A stretch of DNA of 64,000 bases from Pseudomonadota bacterium (GTDB lineage Bacteria > Pseudomonadota > Alphaproteobacteria > Caulobacterales > Caulobacteraceae). Made by a program: the position numbers and the translations under genes. The stretch is from positions 56,708 through 120,707 of the forward strand of contig CAUJHO010000005.1 in assembly GCA_963205025.1 (NCBI GenBank). Direction: 5' to 3'. The notes below the pieces were generated by a model, which searched no databases, was not told the DNA's origin, and was given only the letters and a program-made list of their open reading frames with translations. Shown here piece by piece: positions 19,056 through 28,970 of this stretch. Within the stretch, counting starts at the first letter, position 1; each line of letters starts with the position of its first letter.

Positions 19056-20219
19056 ATGTCCCCCCTCAACATCCCAGACCCCGATTTCATGGCCGAGGAA
19101 GAGGTCACCCTCTTTGCGGATTCCGTCGCGCGCTGGATCGACGACCATGCGCCGCCCGAAGAGGTCCAGCGCTGGATCGCCAACTCCTCGGTGCCGCGTG
19201 AGCTGTGGAACCAGGCCGGCGAGGCCGGTCTGCTGAACCTGTCGGCGCCCGAGGCCTACGGCGGCGTCGGCGGCGACTATCGCCATGAGGTCGTGCTGAT
19301 GCAGCAGCTGGGCCTGAAGGGCGCGGACCACTTCGGCGTCTCGCTGCACAACGCCATCGTCGCCCCCTACATCTGGCACTACGGCACCGAGGAACAGAAG
19401 CAGCGCTGGCTGCCACGCATGGCTACCGGCGAGCTGGTCGGGGCCATCGCCATGACTGAGCCGGGTGCCGGTTCAGATCTCCAGGGCGTTCGCACCACGG
19501 CCCGGAAAGACGGCAACGCCTATGTCGTCAACGGCTCCAAGACCTTTATCACCAATGGCCAGCTGGCCAATCTGATCATCGTGGTGGCCAAGACCGATCC
19601 GGCCGAAGGGGCCAAGGGCACCAGCCTGATCGTTGTCGAAACCGACGGGGCTGAGGGCTTCGAGCGCGGTCGCAACCTCCACAAGATCGGCATGGAGGGC
19701 AATGATACGTCCGAGCTCTTCTTCAACGATGTGAAGGTCCCGGCCGAGAACATCATCGGCGGCGGCGAAGGCATGGGCTTTGTCCAGCTGATGCAGCAGC
19801 TGCCGCAGGAAAGGCTCAACATCGCGGTTCAGGGCGTCGCCGCCGCCGAGCGCGGCCTGACCGAGACCCTGGCCTACGTCAAGGAACGCAAGGCGTTCGG
19901 CAAGCGGGTGATCGACTTCCAGAACACCCAGTTCAAACTGGCCGAGGTCAAGACCAAGCTGACGGTGGCCAAGGTGTTCGTGAACCACTGCATCGGCCTG
20001 CACCTGAAAGGTCAGCTGGACGCCGCCACGGCCTCCATGGCCAAATACTGGGTCTCCGACATCCAGGGCGAGGTGCTGGACGAGATGCTCCAGCTGTTCG
20101 GCGGCTACGGCTATATGAACGAATATCCGATCGCCCAGCTCTACAAGGACGCCCGCGTCCAGCGCATCTACGGCGGCACCAACGAGATCATGAAGCTCTT
20201 GATCGCGCGCACGCTATAG
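19056..20219 (+). CDS. Acyl-CoA dehydrogenase (long-chain-specific, about 385 aa type)
   Basis: AIAMTEPGAGSDLQG, NGSKTFITNG, QLPQERL, FGGYGYM and RIYGGTNEIMK motifs. Confidence 0.96.
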   Translation: MSPLNIPDPDFMAEEEVTLFADSVARWIDDHAPPEEVQRWIANSSVPRELWNQAGEAGLLNLSAPEAYGGVGGDYRHEVVLMQQLGLKGADHFGVSLHNAIVAPYIWHYGTEEQKQRWLPRMATGELVGAIAMTEPGAGSDLQGVRTTARKDGNAYVVNGSKTFITNGQLANLIIVVAKTDPAEGAKGTSLIVVETDGAEGFERGRNLHKIGMEGNDTSELFFNDVKVPAENIIGGGEGMGFVQLMQQLPQERLNIAVQGVAAAERGLTETLAYVKERKAFGKRVIDFQNTQFKLAEVKTKLTVAKVFVNHCIGLHLKGQLDAATASMAKYWVSDIQGEVLDEMLQLFGGYGYMNEYPIAQLYKDARVQRIYGGTNEIMKLLIARTL

Positions 20220-20458
20220 GGATTTCCGCCAGCAAGCTGCTTGTCTGTTGTGAGCGATGTGTCTGACGCTTCCGGGCCGGGCGTGGTCGCCGTTCCCGGC
20301 ATCGCTCACGGCCATCCCGATCAAGAGGCGCCTGTCTTTGTGTTGGCGACAGGCTTGAGGTACGTCCGCCGGACGGAGAGCCGGGACGACATGCGCCACA
20401 ATGGCAAGGGCCCGCAGACCCCTCGTCCAGCGCCATGATCCCCGCTAGGCTCAATCGC

Positions 20459-20881
20459 ATGGAACAGCTGCCCCCCGCCTATCGTTCCGCCATTGCCGCC
20501 CAGATCGGCACCTTAAGCGCCTTCCTTGGAGGGTTCGCGGCGACCTTTCTGGGGACCTTGTTGGCGTTGCGGGCCAAAGGCCGGACGGCCACCTGGGCTA
20601 TCGGTTTCGCCACGGCATCGTCGGTGGCCTTCATCATCGCGGTGGTAGGGTCGACCGCGATTACCGCAGGTCTGCCCCCGGACGCGCCGCGCGTCGGGGC
20701 CCCGGACCTGGGCGGGACCCGGGTGGCGATGACCCTGGCCTTCGCGATCGGTCTCTATAGCATTCTGGTCAGCCTGGGTCTCAGCGGCTGGAGTCGGTCA
20801 CGACGGGTCGGCTGGACGACCAGCATCCTGGCTGGACTGGGCGTTCTGGTGGTCACAAGCCTGGTGATCGGCATCGGTTGA
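20459..20881 (+). CDS. Hypothetical four-TM membrane protein
   Basis: Four hydrophobic helices, host-like codon usage; start at 20459 or 20435. Confidence 0.7.
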   Translation: MEQLPPAYRSAIAAQIGTLSAFLGGFAATFLGTLLALRAKGRTATWAIGFATASSVAFIIAVVGSTAITAGLPPDAPRVGAPDLGGTRVAMTLAFAIGLYSILVSLGLSGWSRSRRVGWTTSILAGLGVLVVTSLVIGIG

Positions 20882-21221
20882 TTATCAGGACGCTGCGGCG
20901 CAGCGCCTGTGCCGATTTCGGGCGCGACGGTCGATGGCTGGTCCTGCGGCACCGCGATTTTCGGCCCGGCGCGGACGGCCTCCCGCTTTGAGGCGGTACG
21001 ATCGTCGGAGCGACTGAAAACGACCGTCCGCGGATGGAGGTCGTGACGGATCGTCGCCGGCCATTCACCGGTCTGATCCACAGTCAGGGCGTGGTCCAAT
21101 CCGGCCCCGGTCGCTCGGGTCCGTCCCGGTCGTTGGCCGCGTCAACGGGATATTAGGCCCGCGGTGGCAATCTCGCCTCCAACAAGCCGCACTCAAGGCG
21201 GCGATTGGGGTGTGACAGAGG

Positions 21222-23105
21222 ATGTCGGAGGCGCACAGCCGCGAAGACGAGGCGATTGTCGGTGCCCTGACCCTGCGGCGTCGCAATGTCGGCGTTCGCT
21301 GTGTCATCGCCGGCGTCGGGGGACTGGCGCTCGGTCCGATCATCGGGGGCGAAGCCGCCCTGATCTGGGTCGTGAGCTTCCTCGTCGTCCAGGTCATCGA
21401 GGCGGCGGTTCTCGGCCGCTATATCAAACCCGACGCCCCCGCCCTGAACCGCGCCCGCCGCCTGTTTGCGGCCGCGACGCTGTTCGTCTCGAACGTGGTC
21501 TATGGGGCCCTGTCCCTGTTGATGTGGGACTACGGCATGGCCGGTGGTGTCTGTGCCGTCCTGATCCTGGCCGGCGGTGCCGCCAATGCCGTGATGAACA
21601 CCGCCGGCTCGCGCCTGGCGCTGTTGGTCACCCTGACGCCGATCATGGCCTATTTCGGCATCTCGCCGTGGCTGCTGGCGCGCGCCGGGGCTTCGAACGA
21701 GGCCGTCCAGGCCCTGAGCATGGCCTGTTTGATCTTCGGGGTCTTTGTCCTCAGCGCCTACAACCAGTCCCAGAAGCTGTCTCAGTCCGAGCGGACGGCC
21801 CGTCGGATCGCCGAGCGCCGTCGCGGCGACCTGGAGCGGGCCGGGGCCGACAAGTCCGCCTTCATGGCGGCGGTCGGTCATGATCTGCGAACGCCGCTGT
21901 CGGCGATCCTGACGGGGGCGGCCGAGCTGAGCCGCACGGCCCACGATGCGACCGACCGGTCCCATGCCCGGCTGATCGAGGATGCCGGTCAGATGATGAA
22001 CCGGCTGCTGGACGACCTGCTCGATCAGTCGCGTCTCGAGGCCGGTCGGATGGAAATCGAGCCGATCACCTTCAACCTGCGCGATCTGCTGGCCCGGACC
22101 TGCCGGTTTTGGCAGGGTCAGGCGCGCGCCAAGGGCATTCGCCTGGTTCTGGAAGGCGGGCGTCACCTGCCGGCCTGGGTCGAGGCGGATCCCGTGCGGG
22201 TGCGCCAGATCCTCAATAATCTGCTGTCCAATGCGCTGAAATTCACCACCGAGGGCGAGGTGCGGGTCCAGCTGAATGCCTGGCCGACCGATGACGATCG
22301 CTGTGCCCTGACCATCGAGGTGTCCGACACCGGCGAGGGGATGGACGACGACCAGCAGAAGCGACTGTTCGTCGCCTTCGACCAGACCCGTGCCGGCGTC
22401 GCCGGGGCCCACGGCGGTTCGGGCCTCGGCATGTGGATCAGCCGCGGCCTGGCTCAGCTGATGGGCGGGCGCCTGACGGTGCGCAGCCAGAAGGGCGTCG
22501 GTACGGCCTTCACCCTGGCCCTGATCGTCGAGGTAGCCGAAGCCCCGGCCCTGGCCCCGGAACTGCCCGAGGTCCATCGCGTTGCGACCGGATTTGTCCA
22601 TCTGCCGGTGCCCGCACCGCCCCCGGTGGCGACTTCGGAACCCCAGGTCGACTCTGCCGCGTCGGCGGCCGGTGATGGCCCGCCGGTGGCCGACGAGGGT
22701 GCGCTGCGGGTGCTGATCGTCGATGACCATGACATCAATCGGCGCGCCATCCAGCTGATCCTGGCCCCGCTGGGCTGTGAGATCAGCCAGGCCGGGAACG
22801 GCGGCACCGCCCTCGAGATGGCTGCGACCGAAGCCTATGACGTCATCTTCATGGACGTGCGGATGCCGGAGATCGACGGACGTGAAGCGACCCGCCGCCT
22901 GCGCGCAAGCGCCGGCCCCAACCAGTCGGTGCCGGTCATTGCCGTGACGGCAGACACCGCGCCGGACGACGTTCAGGCGTGTGCCGCCGCAGGCATGACC
23001 TGGTTCGTCGGCAAGCCGCTGACACCCGCCAGCCTGCTGGCGGCCCTGCAAGGGGTGCTGTCAGGCGAAAGCCGTTTCGAGCACGACGACGTCCGCGCCG
23101 CCTGA
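21222..23105 (+). CDS. Membrane-bound hybrid sensor histidine kinase / response regulator
   Basis: About 5-6 N-terminal TMs; H-box VGHDLRTPL, N-box NLLSNALKFT, G1 VSDTGEGM, G2 GSGLGM; receiver VDDHDINR...FMDVRMP...KP. Confidence 0.93.
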   Translation: MSEAHSREDEAIVGALTLRRRNVGVRCVIAGVGGLALGPIIGGEAALIWVVSFLVVQVIEAAVLGRYIKPDAPALNRARRLFAAATLFVSNVVYGALSLLMWDYGMAGGVCAVLILAGGAANAVMNTAGSRLALLVTLTPIMAYFGISPWLLARAGASNEAVQALSMACLIFGVFVLSAYNQSQKLSQSERTARRIAERRRGDLERAGADKSAFMAAVGHDLRTPLSAILTGAAELSRTAHDATDRSHARLIEDAGQMMNRLLDDLLDQSRLEAGRMEIEPITFNLRDLLARTCRFWQGQARAKGIRLVLEGGRHLPAWVEADPVRVRQILNNLLSNALKFTTEGEVRVQLNAWPTDDDRCALTIEVSDTGEGMDDDQQKRLFVAFDQTRAGVAGAHGGSGLGMWISRGLAQLMGGRLTVRSQKGVGTAFTLALIVEVAEAPALAPELPEVHRVATGFVHLPVPAPPPVATSEPQVDSAASAAGDGPPVADEGALRVLIVDDHDINRRAIQLILAPLGCEISQAGNGGTALEMAATEAYDVIFMDVRMPEIDGREATRRLRASAGPNQSVPVIAVTADTAPDDVQACAAAGMTWFVGKPLTPASLLAALQGVLSGESRFEHDDVRAA

Positions 23106-23132
23106 GCGGCGCCGAACCCGCGTGTCCCGATC

Positions 23133-23615
23133 CTAGAGCTGATCCAGAAGAAATTCGGCCGAAGACACCCGGAACTCGCCGCCCTCTTCGACATTGAGGG
23201 CCGTCACGACGCCGTCCTCGATGACCATGGAATAGCGCTGCGAGCGCCCGCCCATGCCGAATTTGGAGGCATCCAGTTCCAGCCCCAGCGCCCGGGTGAA
23301 GTCGCCGTTGCCGTCCGCCAGCATGACGACCTCTCCGTTGATGTCCTGATCGGCGGCCCAGGCCCCCATGACGAAGGCGTCATTGACCGACAGGCAGGCG
23401 ATCTGGTCGACACCCTTGTCCCGCAGGGCTCCGGCCCGGTCGCGGAACCCCGGCAGATGGCGCGCCGAACAGGTCGGGGTAAAGGCTCCGGGGACAGCAA
23501 AGAGGGCCGTCGTCTTGCCGGCGAGGAAGGCATCGGTCTGGATCGCCTGGGGGCCGTCGTCGCCCATGGTCATGAGGGTCGCGGACGGGATCCGGTCGCC
23601 GACTTTGATGGTCAT
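23133..23615 (-). CDS. Peroxiredoxin (Prx5/AHP1 type)
   Basis: VPGAFTPTCSARHLPG, CLSVNDAFVM and RSQRYSM motifs. Confidence 0.95.
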   Translation of the reverse strand: MTIKVGDRIPSATLMTMGDDGPQAIQTDAFLAGKTTALFAVPGAFTPTCSARHLPGFRDRAGALRDKGVDQIACLSVNDAFVMGAWAADQDINGEVVMLADGNGDFTRALGLELDASKFGMGGRSQRYSMVIEDGVVTALNVEEGGEFRVSSAEFLLDQL

Positions 23616-23734
23616 GTCGCTCTCCATGAAGCTGTTGCGCCGGGTCCAAGCGACCGACCCCGGGGAGATAGGTCGCGCCGGCCCTGAATCCAAGACGGCT
23701 TGTCGCCAAAGCCGGGGATCGCCATCATCAGGGG

Positions 23735-24304
23735 GTGTCCCAGTCCTCCAGCCTCGTCGGTCGCCTGCTCCTGGCCATGCCCAACATCGGCGACCCCCGC
23801 TTCGAACAGGCGGTGATCCTCGTGTGCGCCCATGATGCCAGCCATGCCATGGGTCTGCGCCTGAACGCGCCGCACACCGAGCTCGACCTGGATCAGTTGC
23901 TCCAGTCTCTGGAGGTCACGGGCCGGGCCCCCGGCGGCACCCGTCCGGTCCTGGTCGGCGGCCCGGTCGAGACCGAACGCGGCTTTGTCCTGCATTCGGA
24001 CGACTATTGCGATCCGTCCGCCTCGCTGCTGATCGCCGGCGGCCTGGCCGTGACCGCGACCCGCGAAATCCTGATGGCCATGACCGATCCGATGCGTGCG
24101 CCGCGCCGGGCCGTCCTGGCGATGGGATATGCCGGCTGGGGGGAGGGCCAGTTGGAGACTGAACTGGTCGAGAATGTCTGGCTGGCCGGTGAGGCTGACG
24201 ACGACATCCTGTTCGGCGGCGACCATGAGACGAAATGGGCGCGCGCCATGGCCCGGATCGGCGTCGATGTGGCGCATTTGTCCGGCGACATCGGCCGGGC
24301 CTGA
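23735..24304 (+). CDS. YqgE/AlgH family protein
   Basis: GGPVETERGFVLH and GYAGWGEGQLETE...W motifs. Confidence 0.93.
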   Translation: MSQSSSLVGRLLLAMPNIGDPRFEQAVILVCAHDASHAMGLRLNAPHTELDLDQLLQSLEVTGRAPGGTRPVLVGGPVETERGFVLHSDDYCDPSASLLIAGGLAVTATREILMAMTDPMRAPRRAVLAMGYAGWGEGQLETELVENVWLAGEADDDILFGGDHETKWARAMARIGVDVAHLSGDIGRA

Positions 24305-24419
24305 TCGCATCCGGCACAGGCCGCCGCATTTCTTTCGTCGATTTAATCCATCTGTCTCGCTTGTAACTGGCACAGGGCCGCGCGCCGCTCCATTCCGGTC
24401 GGCCATAGGGGAGACGACC

Positions 24420-26468
24420 ATGTCCAGCCGATTGATGATGGCGGCCGCGTTCGGCGCGCTGGTTCTGGCAGCCGGTCCGGCGCTGGCCCAGTCGGCGGAG
24501 CCGACAGCGCCTGCCGCCAGCGAGGGCGTCACCGTCTTTGAGAGTACCTTTTTCGCTGGCATTCAGCTGAACTCGGCCATGGACATGGTCGAGCGGGTGC
24601 CGGGCTTCGCCTTTGACGAGGGTGACGACGTCCGGGGCCTGGGCGGGACCGCCGCCAATGTTCTGATCGACGGTCGGCGTCCGGCCTCCAAATCCGAGCC
24701 GATGGAAGACACCCTGCGGCGGATTCCGGCCAGTCAGGTCCTGCGGCTGGAACTGATCCGGGGCGGTGCCCCGGGCATCGACATGCAGGGTCGCTCGGTG
24801 GTGGTGAATGTGGTGCGTGTCCCCGGGGCCGGCGGCAATACGACCTTTGCGGTGGCGTCGGGCTGGTACCAGGATGGACGCACCACCCCGGCCATGCGCT
24901 TCGAAGGGGCCCGGCCGCTGTCGGGTGATCGGCGGTTTGAATGGTCCGGTCTGATCTACACCTTCATCGACGACGGGGCCGGCGAAGGCCCGCGCCAGCG
25001 CCATGACGACACCGGTGCTCTGGTGCGCGATGCCTATTCCGACGAGACCGCGGGCGGCCGCGGCGGGACCTTCTCGCTGGGCTGGCAACAGAATCTGGGC
25101 GGTGGCCGCCTGGCGCTCAATGCCCGGCTCCAGCCCGAAACCTACGAGTCGGCGCTGGAGGACGCGATCTTCACGCCGACGCCGGGCCGCCTGCTCGTCC
25201 ATGATGACTTCAGCGAGACCGACGGTGAGGTCGGCCTGAACTGGCAGCGGCCGCTGGGTGAGCACTGGCGCGTCGAGGCCATCGGTATCCAGCGTCTGCG
25301 GGGCTCGGACTTCGTGTCGGACTTCGACAACGGCACCGATACGGGCGAGTTCACCGAGGATTCGACCTCGGGCGAGTCCATCGGTCGGGTGACGCTCAGA
25401 CACACCCGCTCCCCGACCTGGTCGCTGGAGGCCGGCGGCGAGGTCGCTTTCAACTTCCTCGAGAGTGCCACGACCCTGGTGGACAACGGCGTGCCGGTGA
25501 TGCTGCCGTTCTCGGATGTGAGGGTCGAGGAACTGCGGGGCGAAATGTTCGGGTCCTCGACCTGGCGACCCAATGGCCGCTGGAGTCTGGAGCTGGGGAT
25601 GCGGGCCGAGGTTTCGACTATCACCCAGTCCGGCGACACCGACCTGGAGCGCTCCTTCTTCTACCCCAAGCCGCGCGCCCTCGTGACCTGGACCCCGGAC
25701 GACCGCAATCAGTTCCGTCTCCGGGTCGAGCGCGAAGTCGGCCAGCTGGATTTCGACGATTTCGTTTCCTCGGCCGCCTTCAACACGGGCGTGGTCACCG
25801 CCGGCAATTCAGAGCTGGAGCCGGACAAGACCTGGGTGGCCGAACTGGCCTGGGAGCGCAGCTTCTGGGATGGCGGTTCGCTGGTCGTGACCCTGGCCCA
25901 TGCCGAGATCACCGATGCCTCGGACCGGGTTCCGATCTATACGCCGACCGATGCCTTCGATGCCCCCGGCAACATCGGCGACGGTACCAGCGACAGTGTC
26001 GAGGTCGATCTGACGCTTCCGCTGGACCGGCTCGGCCTGACCGGCGCGCGCGTACGGGCCGCCCTGGAATGGGAGGTGTCAGAGGTCATCGATCCGACGA
26101 CCGGCGAGCGTCGTCGCATCTCGGGTCAGGATCCGTTCGATGGCGAGATCAGCTTCACCCAGGATGTCCCGCGCTGGAATCTGCAGTGGGGCGGTAACGC
26201 CTATCTGGGTGCGTTCGAGCGCGACTTCGGGTTCGACACCATCGAGACGGTCGAGGTCGAGCCCTGGTACAACCTGTTCGCCGAGTGGCGTTACAGGCCC
26301 AATCTGTCGATCCGGGCCGAGCTCCAGAACCTGTCGGGGCGCAACCTCATCATCTCGCGAGAGGTCTATTCGGGGCCGCGCGACACTTCTGCGGTCGACT
26401 TCCGCGAGGTGCGGAATCTCAACTTCGATCCGTTCATCTACGTCAGGATCCGGCGGACCTGGGGTTAG
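24420..26468 (+). CDS. TonB-dependent receptor-like outer-membrane beta-barrel protein
   Basis: Signal peptide; plug-like NVLIDGRR...IPASQVLRLELIRG; amphipathic strands; C-terminal YVRIRRTWG. Confidence 0.85.
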   Translation: MSSRLMMAAAFGALVLAAGPALAQSAEPTAPAASEGVTVFESTFFAGIQLNSAMDMVERVPGFAFDEGDDVRGLGGTAANVLIDGRRPASKSEPMEDTLRRIPASQVLRLELIRGGAPGIDMQGRSVVVNVVRVPGAGGNTTFAVASGWYQDGRTTPAMRFEGARPLSGDRRFEWSGLIYTFIDDGAGEGPRQRHDDTGALVRDAYSDETAGGRGGTFSLGWQQNLGGGRLALNARLQPETYESALEDAIFTPTPGRLLVHDDFSETDGEVGLNWQRPLGEHWRVEAIGIQRLRGSDFVSDFDNGTDTGEFTEDSTSGESIGRVTLRHTRSPTWSLEAGGEVAFNFLESATTLVDNGVPVMLPFSDVRVEELRGEMFGSSTWRPNGRWSLELGMRAEVSTITQSGDTDLERSFFYPKPRALVTWTPDDRNQFRLRVEREVGQLDFDDFVSSAAFNTGVVTAGNSELEPDKTWVAELAWERSFWDGGSLVVTLAHAEITDASDRVPIYTPTDAFDAPGNIGDGTSDSVEVDLTLPLDRLGLTGARVRAALEWEVSEVIDPTTGERRRISGQDPFDGEISFTQDVPRWNLQWGGNAYLGAFERDFGFDTIETVEVEPWYNLFAEWRYRPNLSIRAELQNLSGRNLIISREVYSGPRDTSAVDFREVRNLNFDPFIYVRIRRTWG

Positions 26469-26809
26469 CGCCCGGAATCGGTGCCGCCGGCCCCGCCAGG
26501 CGTGACCTCGCGGGCGATGGCACGGGCGCGTTCGCGGTCCTGGACGGTCGAACAGATCCGCTGGCGCAGGTTTGACCCCGGTACCCGGCGGAGGTCGCAG
26601 ATCAGCTGGTCGGGTCGTGCGAAGTCGCCCGAGCGGTTGCCTTCAGAGGGCCGGTCCAGGGCGTCTTCGGCGCTCTGTTCCTCGGTGATCGGCGGTTCGG
26701 GGCGCCGGAAGGTCGTGATCGGCTGCAATTTGGCGGCGAACAGGCTCAGGCAGCGGGAGTGATAAACACCGCGAGGGCCTCTAGGGATATGGGCTGCGAT
26801 TATGTGCAT
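26465..26809 (-). CDS. Small hypothetical protein with C-x6-GS-x5-C-x-T motif (start uncertain)
   Basis: ICDLRRVPGSNLRQRICSTVQDRE resembles a common small secreted-protein motif; no convincing RBS or start seen. Confidence 0.5.
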   Translation of the reverse strand: MHIIAAHIPRGPRGVYHSRCLSLFAAKLQPITTFRRPEPPITEEQSAEDALDRPSEGNRSGDFARPDQLICDLRRVPGSNLRQRICSTVQDRERARAIAREVTPGGAGGTDSGR

Positions 26810-26836
26810 CGGAATGCACGGATCGCCAAGCCCCGG

Positions 26837-27496
26837 TCAGCCGCCCCATTGCCGCAGCAGCGCACCCACCGACTTGTCGAGCAACAGGCGGGTCTCGCCG
26901 GCCGGCGTGGCGGCGCGCACCCGCTCCAGATCGAACAGCAGTTCGCGCTGATCGTTGCGGCGGACCAGGCTCTCGATCCAGCCGACGGCGGCCAGGCGCT
27001 CGCCGCGCGTCACCGGCGTTACCTGATGCAACTGGCCGGTCGCATAGATGACGGCATCGCCCGCGGCCAGACGATGCTCGCGCTCGCCGTCCAGGCCATC
27101 GAGCTGCAAGGCCCCGCCCTCGTAGCTGTCGGGGTCCGACAGGAACAGGGTGAAGCTCATGTCGGTGCGTAGCCGCTGTCCGTCTTCCGACACCATGAAG
27201 GCGTCGTCGGTGTGGGTGCCGTAGGCGTCGCCGGGCCCGTAGCGCGAGAACATGATCCGCGACCAGACCGCCGGGCGGGCATAGGCCGAGAAGACCGGGT
27301 GGCGCATCAGCGCCTCGCGTACGAAACGGCGCAAGGGTTCGGCCCCGGGGTCCGCCCCGACCGCCTGCTGGTTCTTCTTGACCTTGCGGGCGACCGGACC
27401 GGCCGTCGCCTTGCCGTCCTGAAAGGCGACCTTGGCCAGGCCGTCGCGGATCCGGGCGACATCCTCGGGATTCAGAACCTGGGCCAGCGTCAGCAT
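26837..27496 (-). CDS. PKHD-type Fe(II)/2-oxoglutarate dioxygenase (PiuC/YbiX family)
   Basis: GKATAG...VKKNQQ, YGTHTDDA, RTDMSFTLFLSDPDSYEGG, HQVTPVTRGER and QRELLFDL motifs; start 27496 or 27514. Confidence 0.93.
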   Translation of the reverse strand: MLTLAQVLNPEDVARIRDGLAKVAFQDGKATAGPVARKVKKNQQAVGADPGAEPLRRFVREALMRHPVFSAYARPAVWSRIMFSRYGPGDAYGTHTDDAFMVSEDGQRLRTDMSFTLFLSDPDSYEGGALQLDGLDGEREHRLAAGDAVIYATGQLHQVTPVTRGERLAAVGWIESLVRRNDQRELLFDLERVRAATPAGETRLLLDKSVGALLRQWGG

Positions 27497-27539
27497 GGAG
27501 GCTCGATGACTCATTCAGGCCGGCACCGCAAGACAAAGG

Positions 27540-27556
27540 ATGCGAACGACTTGCAA
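27540..27556. promoter_or_regulatory. Possible Fur box between the divergent PiuC-like and GEGG-lipoprotein genes
   Basis: ATGCGAACGACTTGCAA is a 12/17 match to the ATGCGAATCATTCGCAT-type palindrome as I recall it; PiuC/YbiX genes are commonly iron-regulated. Confidence 0.5.
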
Positions 27557-27604
27557 ATAGGCGATGAGGCGCTAGGGTCCGCTCATCTTCTGGAGATTTC
27601 CCTC

Positions 27605-28369
27605 ATGGCATTTCGTCCCAAACTCTGGCTCACCCTCGGGGCCGCCCTGACCCTGACCGCCGCCTGCTCTGAACAGGGCCAGCCCGGCGGCGAATCCGGG
27701 GGCGAAGGGGGCGGAGAAGGCGGCGCGGCCGCCCAGGGCGAGAATGAAGGCGGCGGCGGTGGCGAGTCCGGTGCCGGCGAGGCCGGAGCGGCCGCCGGCT
27801 ATGCCGGCGTCTCGGCTGACAGTCTGATGGCGCTGCGGATCGCCCATCTGAAGGGCTTCTTCCTGGTGGCCCAGCGGTCCCAGGCGGTTGAGGGCGACCT
27901 CCAGGCCGCGGCCCTGGCCGGCCAGGGCCTGGCCGAGGTCTATGAACCGGCGGCTTCGGCCTTCTCTTCGACCGGCCTGGACGCCGCTGTGCTGCGCCGT
28001 GCGGCGGAAACCGGATCTGCGGCAGATCTCTCGGCTGCGGTGGCGGCGCTGGACGCCGCCCAGACGGCAGCCGGCGGAAACGCAGGCGAGGTCGTTGCGG
28101 CCCTGGCCGACATTTCGGCGGGCATCTACCGCGAGGTCGGCGTCGATGGCGCGGTCGATCCGGTCGAGTACCAGCACGCGCTGGGGGCCGCCATGGCGGC
28201 CCAGGCGACGGCCCGTGCCGGCGGCCTGCCTGCCCAGACCGTTACCGACACCGAGGGCCTGGTCGCCATGTGGCGCGGCGTCACGGCACCTGAGAACGTC
28301 GCAGACCTGACCCCGGTCGGGCAGGTCCAGGCCCAGGCCTCGCGCATTCGGCTGGCGACGGCGGGCTAA
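27605..28369 (+). CDS. Putative lipoprotein with Gly/Glu-rich (GGEGG) N-terminal linker
   Basis: Signal peptide ending LTAAC; GGESGGEGGGEGG...GENEGGGGGESGAGEAG; helical body with HLKG and EYQHA; GGAG RBS. Confidence 0.8.
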   Translation: MAFRPKLWLTLGAALTLTAACSEQGQPGGESGGEGGGEGGAAAQGENEGGGGGESGAGEAGAAAGYAGVSADSLMALRIAHLKGFFLVAQRSQAVEGDLQAAALAGQGLAEVYEPAASAFSSTGLDAAVLRRAAETGSAADLSAAVAALDAAQTAAGGNAGEVVAALADISAGIYREVGVDGAVDPVEYQHALGAAMAAQATARAGGLPAQTVTDTEGLVAMWRGVTAPENVADLTPVGQVQAQASRIRLATAG

Positions 28370-28400
28370 GCGGCCCGCTTCCCGGCCATCGCGACCTGTC

Positions 28401-28865
28401 CTAGGCCTCGGCCCGGCACACGATCCGGTTGTGGCCGTCCGGCCCTGACGGCGCGAAGTCGAAGGCCAGTTCGACGGTCGAGCCTTCGGAATTGACCCGC
28501 GCCCGGGTGATCCGGCGGACCTCGCCATCCAGCACGGCCAGGTCGCCCTCGACCTCGATCTGGCGGTTGTCACTGACCTGGAGGGTGCCTTCGCGCCGGC
28601 CTTCCTGCTTGATCACCATGGTAAAGGTGTCGGCATTGATCCCGACGGTGCCATAGGGCGTGTCGGTCTCCGGGTTCGGCCCGACCAGGGTGCAGACATA
28701 GTCGCGCTGGGGCAGGCGATTGTGGGCGGCCATGGCATCGACCAGCTCGGTGGCTTCTCCGGGCGTGGCGCGGGCGCGGCCTTCGGAGCTCGACCCCATG
28801 CCGGGGAAATCGCAGGCGCACAGGGCCGTCAGGCACATCGCACCGATCAGGGCTCGCTTCATCAT
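28401..28865 (-). CDS. Hypothetical lipoprotein
   Basis: Signal peptide with LCAC lipobox; beta-rich domain with a Cys pair. Confidence 0.75.
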   Translation of the reverse strand: MMKRALIGAMCLTALCACDFPGMGSSSEGRARATPGEATELVDAMAAHNRLPQRDYVCTLVGPNPETDTPYGTVGINADTFTMVIKQEGRREGTLQVSDNRQIEVEGDLAVLDGEVRRITRARVNSEGSTVELAFDFAPSGPDGHNRIVCRAEA

Positions 28866-28970
28866 CCGCCTCCAGACCTGACGTTACCCGGCCTGTCGGA
28901 GGCCGCAACCTTGATTTCCTGACGGCTCTGGCGCATAAGCCGCCGCTTCCGGCGCAAGTGAACCCTCGCG

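Noticed and set aside
20241-20438. 65-aa ORF with an ATGA overlap to the 4-TM gene, as a possible HTH remnant
   Set aside because: Only a vague resemblance, no RBS, and atypical composition; the overlap may be chance.
24305-24419. Cobalamin or other riboswitch ahead of the TonB-type receptor
   Set aside because: The gap is only about 115 bp and lacks recognisable B12-box or other riboswitch motifs.
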